Positions 49,474-59,898 of a stretch of DNA of 64,000 nucleotides are shown piece by piece; positions within the stretch are counted from its first letter, which is position 1, and each line of letters begins with the position of its first letter. The notes under the pieces were generated by a model, which saw only the letters and a list, made by a program, of their open reading frames with translations, was not told the origin of the DNA and did no database searches. The stretch is taken from assembly GCA_001776935.1 (NCBI GenBank), contig MFDN01000001.1, positions 229,449 to 293,448 on the forward strand. The letters are read 5' to 3'. The DNA is from Candidatus Daviesbacteria bacterium RIFCSPLOWO2_01_FULL_39_23 (lineage in GTDB: Bacteria > Patescibacteriota > Microgenomatia > Daviesbacterales > UBA10151). The position numbers were made by a program, and so were the translations under genes.

Positions 49474-51348
49474 ATGCCCAAACCAGAAATAAAAGAAGAA
49501 AAAATAACCCAGATAAAAAGATATGATCCCACTGAGGAAGAGCAGAAGCTCCTGACTAAGTGGAAAGCAAGGTTCAAACGCGCCAAAGAGTTCCGGGAGC
49601 CATACCAGGCCAAATGGTTACGCATGTATATGCTCTACAGAGCATATCAAAACAAGCAAAACTACGCCTACAATACCCGTCTTATGCCTCCTATCGCCTT
49701 TGAAATAGTCCAGACTGTAGTATCCCGGCTGGCTACAGCAAAACGGAAAACACGCATAATCCCCAGAGAGAAAAATGATGTAGGTTCAGGAATGCTTGAG
49801 TCCTGGGGTAACTTAGTAAATTATGATTTTGACATTATTGAGTTGGTAAAGAAACTCCCCCGCTGGATAGAGTCTTCAGTTTTATATGGAAACGGGATTT
49901 TTAAATTAGCCTGGAAGGTATCAACCATTACTAAAGACGGTAAGACCATAACTATCTATGATGATCCTACAGCTAGCCTAGTAGATCTTTGGGACTTTTT
50001 ACCCGCTCCTGAAACAACTGACCTGCAGGAAGATTGCCCCTGGCTTATTCACCGCATTGTAAAAACTAAGGAGAAAATAGAGAAAGAAGAAAAAGCCAGA
50101 GGCGACAATAAGATTTATAAAAATCTTGATTTTTGTGAGCCAAAAATAGTCGAAGACTGGAAAAAGGAACGCTATGAAATTAACACCAAAAAGATGTCAC
50201 AGGTATCAGGTAGCCTCAAGAAACAAGAAGATGTCGAAGGAAAAGTCCTCCCTCTTAAGGCAGATAGTGAAAAACAACTTGAGCTGTGGGAATGCTGGGA
50301 TTATGAAGAAGATAAGCTGGTTGTGATTTGCAACAATGAAATTGTTATCAGGGATGATGAGAATCCGTATCTAGGGGTAAATACAGGTAAAATCTTTATA
50401 GATCTGCCCGATATGCCTTTGCTTTGGGAATTTTGGGCAACAGGACATATTGAACCGGTTGAAACAACTATCCTGGAAATTGCAGATCTTCGAAACCAAA
50501 GGATGGATGATGTCGTCCTCATGCTTGATCCGGTAGTAAAAATCAGGAAAGATTCGGGTATTACAAAAAATGACATTATATTTTCTCCAGGAGCAATCTG
50601 GGAACTTAGGAAAATGGATGATGCTGTGATAGAAAGACCTCCGGAGATAAGCCTGATGGGTATTAACGAAGACAAACTGATGCGGGACGAGATCTCCAGA
50701 ACTCTGGCGATGGGAGAATATATGCAGGGAATGCCACAATCCACAAATGAACCTTTAGGGAAAGTAGCGATGCTTCTTGGACAAAGCAACCTTCGTTTGA
50801 GTATGAACGCACAGACAGTGGCAATAGCACTAACCCAGTTGGCCAATATCCTCATTCAAATGAACCAGGAGTTTATAGACAAAGATAAACTCTATAGAAT
50901 TGTGGGAGAAAAAATAGATTTCAGAGAATTTAAAGAGGAGGATAAAAAGGTCCAGGTAGATGCAATTGTAGAAGTAGAGCCGGTTATTCCTCCGGACCAG
51001 CAGGCACGTATCAATCAAATACTACTTTTATATGACAAGCTAATCGCTCAGGATAAACCAGATCCAAAAGATCCGGCAGACATACAGCGATGGTTGAAGC
51101 GAAAGAAAGAACTGCAGAAGATGATGCTGGAGGAACTGGATCTGGACAGCTATATTGAAGTTCTTCTGGGACCAGATGACAGTGGGAAAGCAACAACAAC
51201 TGAAACCCCAATGGATAACCCCCAAAATGGCGCTGTGTCGCCCGCTGAAGGTCCTTTGCCATCTGGTCCAGGGATAAGACAGCCTTCTGGAGGAATTCGC
51301 CAAATGATGAGCAAGATACCACTGATTGGCCAGATGCTTGGCGGTTAA
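49474..51348 (+). CDS. putative phage portal (head-tail connector)-like protein
   Basis: 624 aa. N-terminal EPYQAKWLRMYMLYRAYQ and a Gly/Pro-rich C-terminal tail resemble podovirus connector architecture. This is an uncertain call. Confidence 0.35.
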   Translation: MPKPEIKEEKITQIKRYDPTEEEQKLLTKWKARFKRAKEFREPYQAKWLRMYMLYRAYQNKQNYAYNTRLMPPIAFEIVQTVVSRLATAKRKTRIIPREKNDVGSGMLESWGNLVNYDFDIIELVKKLPRWIESSVLYGNGIFKLAWKVSTITKDGKTITIYDDPTASLVDLWDFLPAPETTDLQEDCPWLIHRIVKTKEKIEKEEKARGDNKIYKNLDFCEPKIVEDWKKERYEINTKKMSQVSGSLKKQEDVEGKVLPLKADSEKQLELWECWDYEEDKLVVICNNEIVIRDDENPYLGVNTGKIFIDLPDMPLLWEFWATGHIEPVETTILEIADLRNQRMDDVVLMLDPVVKIRKDSGITKNDIIFSPGAIWELRKMDDAVIERPPEISLMGINEDKLMRDEISRTLAMGEYMQGMPQSTNEPLGKVAMLLGQSNLRLSMNAQTVAIALTQLANILIQMNQEFIDKDKLYRIVGEKIDFREFKEEDKKVQVDAIVEVEPVIPPDQQARINQILLLYDKLIAQDKPDPKDPADIQRWLKRKKELQKMMLEELDLDSYIEVLLGPDDSGKATTTETPMDNPQNGAVSPAEGPLPSGPGIRQPSGGIRQMMSKIPLIGQMLGG

Positions 51349-51355
51349 AAAATAG

Positions 51356-51433
51356 TATACTAAAGTGGGTATGAAATTCTTTAAAAAAGAACCGGAGAAA
51401 CGGCCTTTCTCTTATGGAACAATTATTGAGCAG
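51356..51433 (+). repeat. direct repeat DR1 (encodes truncated 26-aa MKFFKKEPEKRPFSYGTIIE... ORF, 51371-51451)
   Basis: 49 of 60 nt identical to DR2 over the coding part. Confidence 0.6.
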
Positions 51434-51517
51434 AAAAAATTTTCAGCTTGACTTTATTTTAACTACTTGCTACTATTATTTTGTAATCATACTTTTCTAA
51501 CTTGTAGGAATATAGAT

Positions 51518-51766
51518 ATGAAAAATCACCACTTACATCCTGAAGGACAATTTTACGGCACAGCCACCGTTGGAGAAAAAGGGCAAATTGTTATTCCCCA
51601 GGAAGCACGAGAGAATATGAAACTGAAAAAGGGTGAACGTTTGCTGATTTTCGGCATGGACGAGGATATGCTTGCAGTTGCAAAACTTTCACATATTGAA
51701 AAAATTACTTCTCATCTTTCAAAAAAGCTCAAGATGATTAATGAAGTTGCTAAAAGAAGTAAATAA
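51518..51766 (+). CDS. AbrB/MazE/SpoVT-family DNA-binding protein
   Basis: GQIVIPQEARENMKLKKGERL is a SpoVT-AbrB swapped-hairpin motif. AGGAA RBS. Internal ATG at 51518. Confidence 0.5.
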   Translation: MKNHHLHPEGQFYGTATVGEKGQIVIPQEARENMKLKKGERLLIFGMDEDMLAVAKLSHIEKITSHLSKKLKMINEVAKRSK

Positions 51767-51775
51767 AACAAATAT

Positions 51776-52516
51776 ATGATCAAAGTGAAAAATGGAATTA
51801 AAAAATCTAACAATCAGTCCTCAAATGAAGAACATTTGATTGAATTACATAAGGTGATCAAAACTTACGAGACTCCCTCCGGACCCTTCCCCGCACTTCA
51901 AGGAATTAACCTGCGTATTCAGTCAGGAGAGTTTGTCGCTATAGTTGGTAAGTCAGGCAGCGGTAAGACAACCTTCCTAAATATCCTGGCAGGCATTGAT
52001 AGGCCAACCAAAGGAGAAATCTCAGTTGGGAGTACACCTGTGCATTCACTTTCAGAGTCGCAGCTTGCAGAATGGCGTGGTAGGTCAATTGGTCTCGTAT
52101 TTCAGTTCTTCCAACTACTTCCAACCTTAACTATAGCAGAGAACGTGATGCTTGCGATGGACTTTGTTGGTATCATTCCGGCACCAGAACGCAGATCTAG
52201 GGCATTAAAACTTTTAGATCAGGTTGGCATCAAAGATCAAGCCGATAAATTACCAGCTAGTTTGTCAGGTGGACAGCAACAGCGGGCAGCAATAGCGAGG
52301 GCATTGGCAAATAATCCACCAATCTTATTGGCTGATGAACCAACTGGTAACCTAGACGAACATACCAGAAAGTCAGTTTTAGAGTTGTTCGATAAACTGA
52401 ACGCCGAAGGTCTCACTATTATTGTGGTAACACACGAGCGGGATGTCAATTTCTATGCAAGTCGACAGGTGACGCTGATAGATGGCCATATCACCAATGA
52501 TACCAAGAAAGGCTAA
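51776..52516 (+). CDS. ABC transporter ATP-binding protein (MacB/LolD type)
   Basis: Walker [10 protein letters not shown], signature [15 protein letters not shown], and Walker [12 protein letters not shown]. Confidence 0.85.
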   Translation: MIKVKNGIKKSNNQSSNEEHLIELHKVIKTYETPSGPFPALQGINLRIQSGEFVAIVGKSGSGKTTFLNILAGIDRPTKGEISVGSTPVHSLSESQLAEWRGRSIGLVFQFFQLLPTLTIAENVMLAMDFVGIIPAPERRSRALKLLDQVGIKDQADKLPASLSGGQQQRAAIARALANNPPILLADEPTGNLDEHTRKSVLELFDKLNAEGLTIIVVTHERDVNFYASRQVTLIDGHITNDTKKG

Positions 52517-52522
52517 CTTATC

Positions 52523-54976
52523 ATGACAAAACTGCTTTTCATTAAACTACTAAAGGATATGCGGACAGTCTGGGGCCGTATCGTAATGATGGTCCTCGCT
52601 ATCAGCCTTAGCCTCGTTGTCTTTAGCGCCATGCTCTACAGCCTAACCCTGGTCCAGTCCAATATGACCAGCGGGTACATGAGCACGAGTCCTGCATCAG
52701 CGAGAATTACCCTTAACCCTGGTGTCGCTCCTGACCAAATCGAGACTATCGTAAATGAAGTCAAGGCTGAAACGAATGTCATCGATGCTACGATGCGTTC
52801 AGTGATTAGCCTCAAGCTTCAGAAAGACGGCGATGATTCCTCTTCGCTTCAGCTATTTGTTGCTGCACCCGATGATCCAATGAAACTCGCTACGTTCAAA
52901 ATTGAACAAGGTGAGTGGCCACCACCAGAAGACGGCATCTTAGTTGAGAGATCAGCGTTAAACTCACTGAATGTAAAAGCTGGCGATACAATTACGGTCA
53001 CCAGTTTTGATGATAAACCGGTTAAGTTCAAGATCACCGGTGTTGTTCATGACCAGAGTCTGGCTCCAGCAGGTTCAGAAGGAGGCGCTGGCTATATTTC
53101 AACCGATTCCCTGCCACTACTTGGCAGGCCACCGCTGCTTAATCAATTGGCAATCACTGTCTCAGACCAAGCTGGTCAGACTACACCGAGTCGTAATCGG
53201 GACACAATTGTGAGTACTGCCCTTGAAGTAGCTAATAAACTGAAAGCAACGGGTAATATGGAAATCGAACAAGTCGCAGTGCCTCCACCTTATGAACATC
53301 CTCACCAAGGGATAGCAAATGCCTTACTGGGTGCACTTCTCGCTTTTGGCGCTTTGTCGCTCCTACTGAGCGCTATTCTGATTGCTACTATGTTAGACGG
53401 TTTGCTTACACAGCATATCTCGCAAATCGGTATCATGAAAGCCATCGGCGCAAGTACCAGTCGCATCCTGCAGCTTTATGGAATTATGGTGTTAGTTGTA
53501 GTAGTGGCAGCTACGGCTTTGGCTTTTCTCCCAGGCCTTGCATTAGGCCGCGCTTTGGCACAGTTATTGCTCAGTAGCGCACTCAACATCGATGTTACGA
53601 GTCTGGCTGTTCCACTCTGGGTTTATGCAACAACTATCGCTGCAGGTATTCTTATACCGTTACTTATTGCATTGCCACCGCTGCTACGAGCCAGCCGTCG
53701 GACAGTGCGGGAAGCGCTTGACGATAGAGGCGTTGTTGATAATCAAGGACGTGCCATAACGCGATTGTACAGTTGGCTGGGCAGGCTTGACGGCATAGAC
53801 CGCATACTCTTGATGGCGTTTCGTAACCTGTTCCGTCGCCAAGCACGCTTTCTCCTATCAGTCGGACTGTTAGGAATAGCAGGGGCTATATTTGTTGGTG
53901 GATTGAATCTGATGGCAGGTTTTCAGGCAATCCCAAAGATAATAACAGATGCCCAACGCTGGGATATCCAGATAAGGCTCACCACACCGGCTGATACTAA
54001 CCAGCTTAAAAAGATAGTTGAGAATGTTCCTGATGTAACTGCCGTTGAAACCTGGAACTCTGCTACAACAGGCATTCAATATCCAGGGGAAATCAATGTT
54101 ACCCGTACCTATCCGGATCAAGGTCACGGCTTGCTGGGGTTGAGCGCTCTTCCTGCAAATACCACGATGTTCACCACACCATACATTACAGATGGACGAT
54201 GGCTAAGTGCGAGTGACACTGATGCGATTGTTCTTCCTCAGACTATACGAAAAACACTTCCTGATGTGAAAGTTGGCAGCACCATTCAATTACCAATTGA
54301 GGATCAAGTCACTACCTGGCGTGTTATTGGCATGGCTGAAGAGGTGGCAGGTGGAACCTGCCCTTGTGTAACCAAGACAGGCTTTGAGCAAGCAGTCAGC
54401 CGACCTAACCAGACAAATCTTCTGCGGATCACGACTGATCGCCATGACAAACAAAGCAGAATTGCCATAGGGAAGGCAACCACACAAGCGCTGCAAGAAG
54501 CATCTATTAAAGCCCAGAATGCCCAGCCACTTGATTCGCTGCTTGAATCAGCCGAAGGGCATTCGGGCATATTGATTTATCTGATTATGCTTATCGCTAT
54601 TGCCATCGGCACGGTTGGACTAATGGGACTGGGTTCCGCAATGAGTACCAACGTGATTGAGCGAACCCGTGAGCTTGGAGTCATGAGTGCTATTGGAGCA
54701 CGTCCTGCTATGGTACGTCGTTTGGTGCTTTTTGAAGGCATATTTATAGCTTTAGTAAGCTGTGTAGCTGCGGTAATTCCTGCTCTGGTGCTTACCCAAG
54801 TTATGTCTGTGGGAATTGGCAATCTATTTTTCAGCGCTCCCGTACCATTTCAAATCTCGACACAGGCAATCATTATCTGGATCATTGTGGTTACTCTTGG
54901 CGCGACTGTGGCTACCCTGGCACCTGCATATCGGGCATCCAGACTAACTGTTCGCGAAGCGCTAGCCTACCTGTAG
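52523..54976 (+). CDS. FtsX-like ABC transporter permease with two permease modules (MacB/YbbP-like)
   Basis: 817 aa with two 4-helix transmembrane bundles. Large extracytoplasmic domains precede each bundle. Confidence 0.75.
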   Translation: MTKLLFIKLLKDMRTVWGRIVMMVLAISLSLVVFSAMLYSLTLVQSNMTSGYMSTSPASARITLNPGVAPDQIETIVNEVKAETNVIDATMRSVISLKLQKDGDDSSSLQLFVAAPDDPMKLATFKIEQGEWPPPEDGILVERSALNSLNVKAGDTITVTSFDDKPVKFKITGVVHDQSLAPAGSEGGAGYISTDSLPLLGRPPLLNQLAITVSDQAGQTTPSRNRDTIVSTALEVANKLKATGNMEIEQVAVPPPYEHPHQGIANALLGALLAFGALSLLLSAILIATMLDGLLTQHISQIGIMKAIGASTSRILQLYGIMVLVVVVAATALAFLPGLALGRALAQLLLSSALNIDVTSLAVPLWVYATTIAAGILIPLLIALPPLLRASRRTVREALDDRGVVDNQGRAITRLYSWLGRLDGIDRILLMAFRNLFRRQARFLLSVGLLGIAGAIFVGGLNLMAGFQAIPKIITDAQRWDIQIRLTTPADTNQLKKIVENVPDVTAVETWNSATTGIQYPGEINVTRTYPDQGHGLLGLSALPANTTMFTTPYITDGRWLSASDTDAIVLPQTIRKTLPDVKVGSTIQLPIEDQVTTWRVIGMAEEVAGGTCPCVTKTGFEQAVSRPNQTNLLRITTDRHDKQSRIAIGKATTQALQEASIKAQNAQPLDSLLESAEGHSGILIYLIMLIAIAIGTVGLMGLGSAMSTNVIERTRELGVMSAIGARPAMVRRLVLFEGIFIALVSCVAAVIPALVLTQVMSVGIGNLFFSAPVPFQISTQAIIIWIIVVTLGATVATLAPAYRASRLTVREALAYL

Positions 54977-54988
54977 GGAGGTGAATGT

Positions 54989-55132
54989 ATGAAATTAACT
55001 TGGGTTGTTATTGCAATTATCATTCTTGTTATTATAGGAGCATCGGTATTGTTCCTGAACCGTCAAGGCATCGGAGCATCGCTTACAGAACAAATACAGC
55101 AAATACACCAAAGCAAAAGGGGAGAACACTAA
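54989..55132 (+). CDS. small transmembrane peptide (47 aa), unannotated
   Basis: GGGAGGTGA SD. MKLTWVVIAIIILVIIGASVLFLNRQGIGASLTEQIQQIHQSKRGEH. Starts 13 nt after the permease stop. Confidence 0.4.
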   Translation: MKLTWVVIAIIILVIIGASVLFLNRQGIGASLTEQIQQIHQSKRGEH

Positions 55133-55174
55133 GTCAGACTCAACAAAACCAATCTTCTCATGAGATAATTTTGT

Positions 55175-55252
55175 TATACTGAAATTAATATGAAATTCTT
55201 CAAGAAAGGACCGGAGAAACGACCATTTTCTTATGGAGCGATAATAGAACAC
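55175..55252 (+). repeat. direct repeat DR2 (start of the 49-aa MKFFKKGPEKRPFSYGAIIE... gene)
   Basis: Paralogous to DR1 at 51356-51433. Confidence 0.6.
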
Positions 55253-55339
55253 AGGCAATCGTATAGTCGAACTCCAATGGTTATTGGAGTTATTCTTATA
55301 ATCGCAGTTACTGCATTTATCTACTTTTTAATCGGCTAA
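55190..55339 (+). CDS. small transmembrane protein (49 aa), full-length paralogue of the DR1 ORF
   Basis: MKFFKKGPEKRPFSYGAIIEHRQSYSRTPMVIGVILIIAVTAFIYFLIG carries a C-terminal transmembrane helix. Confidence 0.4.
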   Translation: MKFFKKGPEKRPFSYGAIIEHRQSYSRTPMVIGVILIIAVTAFIYFLIG

Positions 55340-55576
55340 CTAAAAAGGAAGCAGTTCAGAAGCATTTACCTTCAAAGCTTTGGCTATTTTATACAACGTT
55401 CTTATGGTGGGGTTCCTTTCACCCCTTTCTATCATACCTACATAGGTGCGATGCATAGACAATCGGGCAGCAAGCTCTTCCTGGCTGATACGCTTCTCCT
55501 TTCTTACTTTCTGGAGTCTTGCACCAAATTTCTCAAGAATATCACGGTGCGTTATAGGTTTTCCCATACTCTTCAA
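55340..55576 (-). CDS. XRE-family HTH transcriptional regulator
   Basis: ISQEELAARLSMHRTYVGMIERGERNPT. Confidence 0.7.
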   Translation of the reverse strand: MKSMGKPITHRDILEKFGARLQKVRKEKRISQEELAARLSMHRTYVGMIERGERNPTIRTLYKIAKALKVNASELLPF

Positions 55577-55612
55577 TCCTAGAGACTGCTTGTATCATTT
55601 TCGACATACTCC

Positions 55613-55801
55613 TTGTATTCATTTATGGTATTTTTTATAATGACTGTAATGGATGAAAAAGCTTTAACAACGAAAGAGATTGCAGCTATAAATAAGCAGA
55701 GAAAAGAACTCCTTAAAGCATTAAAACGATTGTCGACAATATGTGCATTATTTGCTGTAGAGTGTGAAAAATATGCTACTTATCTAAAGAAGAAGATCTA
55801 A
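55613..55801 (+). CDS. hypothetical protein
   Basis: 62 aa, divergent from the XRE gene. Confidence 0.2.
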   Translation: MYSFMVFFIMTVMDEKALTTKEIAAINKQRKELLKALKRLSTICALFAVECEKYATYLKKKI

Positions 55802-55974
55802 ATATAACCCTGGGCGAAACATATTTAAGCGAATTACTCAAAAAAAAGACCCCATTGCTGAGGCCTTTCCCGAAAGCATCTATTGCTAGAAACTCCCTAA
55901 CTTTATGACTTGCGTCACAAAGCTTATTTTAGAATAGCTTACTTCTGCTTGGTTGTCAATATCTAAAAAGCTGA

Positions 55975-58900
55975 CTAATTTGTGTTTACAAAGTGGAAGG
56001 TATCTAAGACAGTGTTGGTTTTAGGCAATACTCCAGCAACTATAATGTTTCTACTAAAGAAGTTTTTTATTAAATCGCCATCTCTACTGAACACCTTTTC
56101 TTTTTTCATCATTTCTGCCTCGTCTACGCCGATATAAACTGGTTCATATTTATTATTAGCAATATAAACAGGGTTAAAACCGTCAGATCTAATATTGTCT
56201 TTTACCTTTTCTGGAATATTGCCCGAAGCAGAGTAAAAGAATTTGGACGTCCCATCAGAAGCTAGGGATACCTTTATATTTCCAGTAGAAGAAAGCTCCC
56301 CGAAGGTATCAGAGTTTACGAAGTAGTATTTATCAAGTAATGTTCCTGTTTGTTCTAGAATACCAACAACCTTTACTTGAGGTATGCCAAAGAAATCATT
56401 GATTATGTCCCCAGGTTTCTGGAATAATTGCTTCTCTTTCATGGCCATTGCTTCCTCATAACCGACAACTACTTCATCTCTACCTAAAGTAAGCACACCC
56501 TCCTTAGCTTTTAAGGACTTATTATTTAAAGAGACAGTCTGTAAAAAGAGTTTAGGATTATTATCGGCAAAATTAATTTTATTTTGTCCTTGAGACAACA
56601 TTTCCCCTGCTTGTTTATTTATGGGGGATATGCCTTCAGCGGCTGCTATCATAGGTGTTTCTTTGCTCATATTCGAGCTAAAGCGAGCAAATTCAAAGAA
56701 GACGAAGGTAAATAATAGCATCATTAATGCTGGAGCAAAGATTGAGAGATAGTTCGTTTTCCCAGGTAGATAACGCCTTAAAAGAAGTGAATTACTGACT
56801 ACCGAAATTGAGCTTAATGCCATAGCCAACCCTGCAAGTTCTGGTTTTAGGACCAATCCCATGCCTGCGAATACTCTAGCTGCTACAGGAATACCAATTA
56901 CATTATAAAAGAGCGCAAAGAACATATTTTGTTTAATCTTGCCCATTGTTTCTTTTGACAAAGAAATAGCATGGACAACATCTCGCAGGTCATTCTTGAT
57001 AATGACTATTCCTCCTGTTTCCATGGCAACATCTGTTCCTGAACCCATGGCGATTCCTAGTTCAGCCTGTGCTAAGGCCGGGGCATCATTGATACCATCT
57101 CCCACCATAGCCACCTTTTTACCAAGATTTTGGAGTTTCTTTACCTCATTTGCTTTATCCTCCGGTAAAACCTCCGCCAGAACATTAGTGATTCCTACCT
57201 GCTCGGCAATAGCTCTGGCAGTTCTTTCGTTGTCTCCTGTAATCATCCATACCTCGATACCCATCCTTTGTAATTTTTCGACAGCTTCAGCGGAGGTCTC
57301 TTTGACAGTATCAGCTACGCCAATAAGACCTAAAATCTCTTCTTTTGTAGCCAGTATCATAACCGTAATCCCTTGGTCCTCCAGGCGGGTCATTTTACGG
57401 TTTACCCGATCAATAGGTAGACCAACAATATCGGAGATCAGCTTTCGGTTGCCGAAGTAGTAAACTTTGCCGTTTATTTCCGCCTGAACTCCATGTCCGG
57501 GGATGGCTTTAAAGTTAGTAACTTCTTGAAGTTTAACTTCTTCTTCCTGAGCATAGTTATAGATTGCTTCAGCTAGGGGATGTTCTGATTGTTTTTCAAT
57601 ACTTGCTGCAATTTCTAACACTTCATCTTCATCCAGGCTTCCCAAGCTTTCGATATCAGTAACTTCCGGCTTACCCTTAGTCAAAGTTCCGGTCTTGTCA
57701 AAAACAATGGCGTTAATTTTGCAGGCACTTTCCAAAGGTTCTCCACCTTTGACTAAAATTCCATGCTCTGCTCCTTTACCAGTTCCTACCATAATAGCTG
57801 TAGGGGTAGCTAAACCTAGGGCACAAGGGCAAGCAATCACGATAACTGCTGTAAAGGCCATTAAAGCGAAGGCAAGGGGGGCTCCAAGCACAAAGAACCA
57901 CACTATAAAGGTTAAAGCAGCAATACCAATAACTGCCGGAACAAAATAAGCAGAGATCCTATCCGCAAAGGCCTGAATAGGCGCTTTAGAACCTTGAGCA
58001 TCTTCAACTAAACGTATAATCTGGGATAAAGTTGTTTCAGCCCCAACACGTGTCGCAGTAAATTGAAAACTACCGGTTTTGTTTATCGTTCCACCAATTA
58101 CATTATCTCCCTCCTTTTTCTCAACAGGCATACTTTCCCCTGTAATCATTGATTCATCTATAGCTGAGGTGCCACTGGCAATTACCCCATCAACAGGCAC
58201 TTTTTCTCCAGGTCTAACCATCAATAAATCTCCCTTAACTACCTGGTCAATTGGAATATCTAAAGTCTGGCCATTCCTGATGACTCTGGCTGTTTTAGCC
58301 TGAAGACCCATTAATTTCTTAATAGCCTCTGAAGTTCTGCCTTTGGCCTTAGCTTCTAACCACTTGCCTAAGATAACAAAGGTAATCAGGAAGGCTGCTG
58401 TCTCAAAATATAGATCAGGAATCCTTGCTCCGTTTAAGCCAATAAGCGAGCCTTTTGTTAAGAAGTAATTTATGAAATTAAATAAACTGTAGAAGTAGGC
58501 AGTTGACGTACCAATAGCAATCAAGCTGTCCATGTTAAAAGTCCTCATTCTAAGAGCAGACCACATGCCTTTATAAAAACCTTTACCGATAATGAATTGG
58601 ACCGGAGTGGTAAGTATTAGGGAAGCAATTCCAATATACGGGGATAAAATTGCACTACCTGGAAGTCCTTGGAAAAATTCAAAGAACATAAAGTAGAGCA
58701 TTGGTACGCTTAAAATAAAACTTATGATAAATTTCTTAAATTGACCGGAAATTTCTTCCTGTTGCTTCCGTGTTTCAAATTCCGGGTCTGCTTCATCTAA
58801 CACAGTAGCTTTATAACCAGCTTTCTTAACTGCTTCTATCAGCGCGTCTTCAGATACAGATCCTGAATCAACTGTTACAGATGCTTTTTCCGCTGTGAAA

Positions 58901-59589
58901 TTAACGCGGGCTTCTTTTACTCCCGGAACTTTTTTAAGAGATCTCTCAATAATCCCGGCACAAGACGTACAATGCATGCCGGAAAGCGAAAGAGCAACTT
59001 TTTCTGATCCTGAATTTTGTGGAGGTGTAATTTGTTGTGCAACGCCAGTTGTAATTCCATTTGGTATACTTTCTGATATTGTTCTTGATTCACCCTTGTT
59101 AACGTCGAGGGTATTAAGAAGATTTACAGACCTAAGTAGTCTATCAATAAAGTCTTTCGAGTCTTCCGTTTTATCCTTTGGTATAGAAAATTGGGCAGCC
59201 TTTTTATTATCAACCCTGCCATCAAAATATAACTTCCCATCTTGTCCTTCCAAAACCTTTCCATCGGCTGTAGTAACTGACTGAAACTTGATTTTCATGG
59301 GTTTACCATTAGACAATATTTTTTGAGTGACCTTCATGTCAGAGATTCCGTTTGTTTGCTTTTGTAAAAGAGTCTCTATTGTCGCTTTGTAGCCAGCATT
59401 GGCCACAGCTTTGATAATATCATCTGGCTTACTCTGGCCTAAGTTAAGAAAAACCGATCCTTTACCAGATTTAAAATCAATTTCTGCATCACTTGCTCCA
59501 GGCAGCTCTCCTAACTCGTCCTTGATTAACATCTCACAAGAACCGCAGTGCATTCCTGAAACTGTAAAATTAATTTTTTGCTTGTCCAT
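55975..59589 (-). CDS. copA: copper-translocating P1B-type ATPase with two N-terminal HMA domains and an unusual ~270-aa C-terminal extension
   Basis: GMHCGSCE and GMHCTSCA (HMA), CPC, DKTGTLT and [10 protein letters not shown]. The C-terminal extension carries two tandem ~65-aa repeats. Confidence 0.85.
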   Translation of the reverse strand: MDKQKINFTVSGMHCGSCEMLIKDELGELPGASDAEIDFKSGKGSVFLNLGQSKPDDIIKAVANAGYKATIETLLQKQTNGISDMKVTQKILSNGKPMKIKFQSVTTADGKVLEGQDGKLYFDGRVDNKKAAQFSIPKDKTEDSKDFIDRLLRSVNLLNTLDVNKGESRTISESIPNGITTGVAQQITPPQNSGSEKVALSLSGMHCTSCAGIIERSLKKVPGVKEARVNFTAEKASVTVDSGSVSEDALIEAVKKAGYKATVLDEADPEFETRKQQEEISGQFKKFIISFILSVPMLYFMFFEFFQGLPGSAILSPYIGIASLILTTPVQFIIGKGFYKGMWSALRMRTFNMDSLIAIGTSTAYFYSLFNFINYFLTKGSLIGLNGARIPDLYFETAAFLITFVILGKWLEAKAKGRTSEAIKKLMGLQAKTARVIRNGQTLDIPIDQVVKGDLLMVRPGEKVPVDGVIASGTSAIDESMITGESMPVEKKEGDNVIGGTINKTGSFQFTATRVGAETTLSQIIRLVEDAQGSKAPIQAFADRISAYFVPAVIGIAALTFIVWFFVLGAPLAFALMAFTAVIVIACPCALGLATPTAIMVGTGKGAEHGILVKGGEPLESACKINAIVFDKTGTLTKGKPEVTDIESLGSLDEDEVLEIAASIEKQSEHPLAEAIYNYAQEEEVKLQEVTNFKAIPGHGVQAEINGKVYYFGNRKLISDIVGLPIDRVNRKMTRLEDQGITVMILATKEEILGLIGVADTVKETSAEAVEKLQRMGIEVWMITGDNERTARAIAEQVGITNVLAEVLPEDKANEVKKLQNLGKKVAMVGDGINDAPALAQAELGIAMGSGTDVAMETGGIVIIKNDLRDVVHAISLSKETMGKIKQNMFFALFYNVIGIPVAARVFAGMGLVLKPELAGLAMALSSISVVSNSLLLRRYLPGKTNYLSIFAPALMMLLFTFVFFEFARFSSNMSKETPMIAAAEGISPINKQAGEMLSQGQNKINFADNNPKLFLQTVSLNNKSLKAKEGVLTLGRDEVVVGYEEAMAMKEKQLFQKPGDIINDFFGIPQVKVVGILEQTGTLLDKYYFVNSDTFGELSSTGNIKVSLASDGTSKFFYSASGNIPEKVKDNIRSDGFNPVYIANNKYEPVYIGVDEAEMMKKEKVFSRDGDLIKNFFSRNIIVAGVLPKTNTVLDTFHFVNTN

Positions 59590-59699
59590 ATTGTTATAGT
59601 GTGCTTCACATGCTGTAATCTTTTAGATTATGGGTCATAGTATACAAATGAAACATTAAGATTTGATGAAAATTTAATTAATCTTCTATTTGTAGACCA

Positions 59700-59897
59700 T
59701 TAACTAATTTGGTACTCAGTCCCTTCTAGGGCAAGTTTAACCTCATCAGAAGTTATTGAGCGATTAGCAACAACAGTTACTTCACCGGAAAGTAAAGCAA
59801 TAACCTGCGAAACTCCCTCAATCTTCATCAATTTCTTCTCGATGACTTTTTGGCAGGCTTGGCAATGCATACCTAGCACTTTAAATTTGTTTTCCAT
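59700..59897 (-). CDS. copZ: copper chaperone CopZ (HMA domain)
   Basis: 65 aa with GMHCQACQ. Confidence 0.75.
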   Translation of the reverse strand: MENKFKVLGMHCQACQKVIEKKLMKIEGVSQVIALLSGEVTVVANRSITSDEVKLALEGTEYQIS

Positions 59898-59898
59898 A

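Larger units (their letters stand above)
34763..51348. mobile_element. tRNA-Gly-linked integrative element / degenerate prophage (serine integrase, lysogeny switch, MTases, terS/terL, portal-like); right boundary unresolved and may extend to the window end
   Basis: Integrase abuts the tRNA 3' end. ImmA/XRE-Cro switch, phage-type methyltransferases and packaging genes are present. No attR direct repeat of the tRNA 3' end was found. Confidence 0.45.

Noticed and set aside
56939-58303. Plus-strand ORFs (173, 84, 74 aa) inside copA
   Set aside because: Antisense to a gene with complete P-type ATPase motifs. The Ala/Ser/Pro-rich translation is typical of antisense reading of GC-richer coding DNA.
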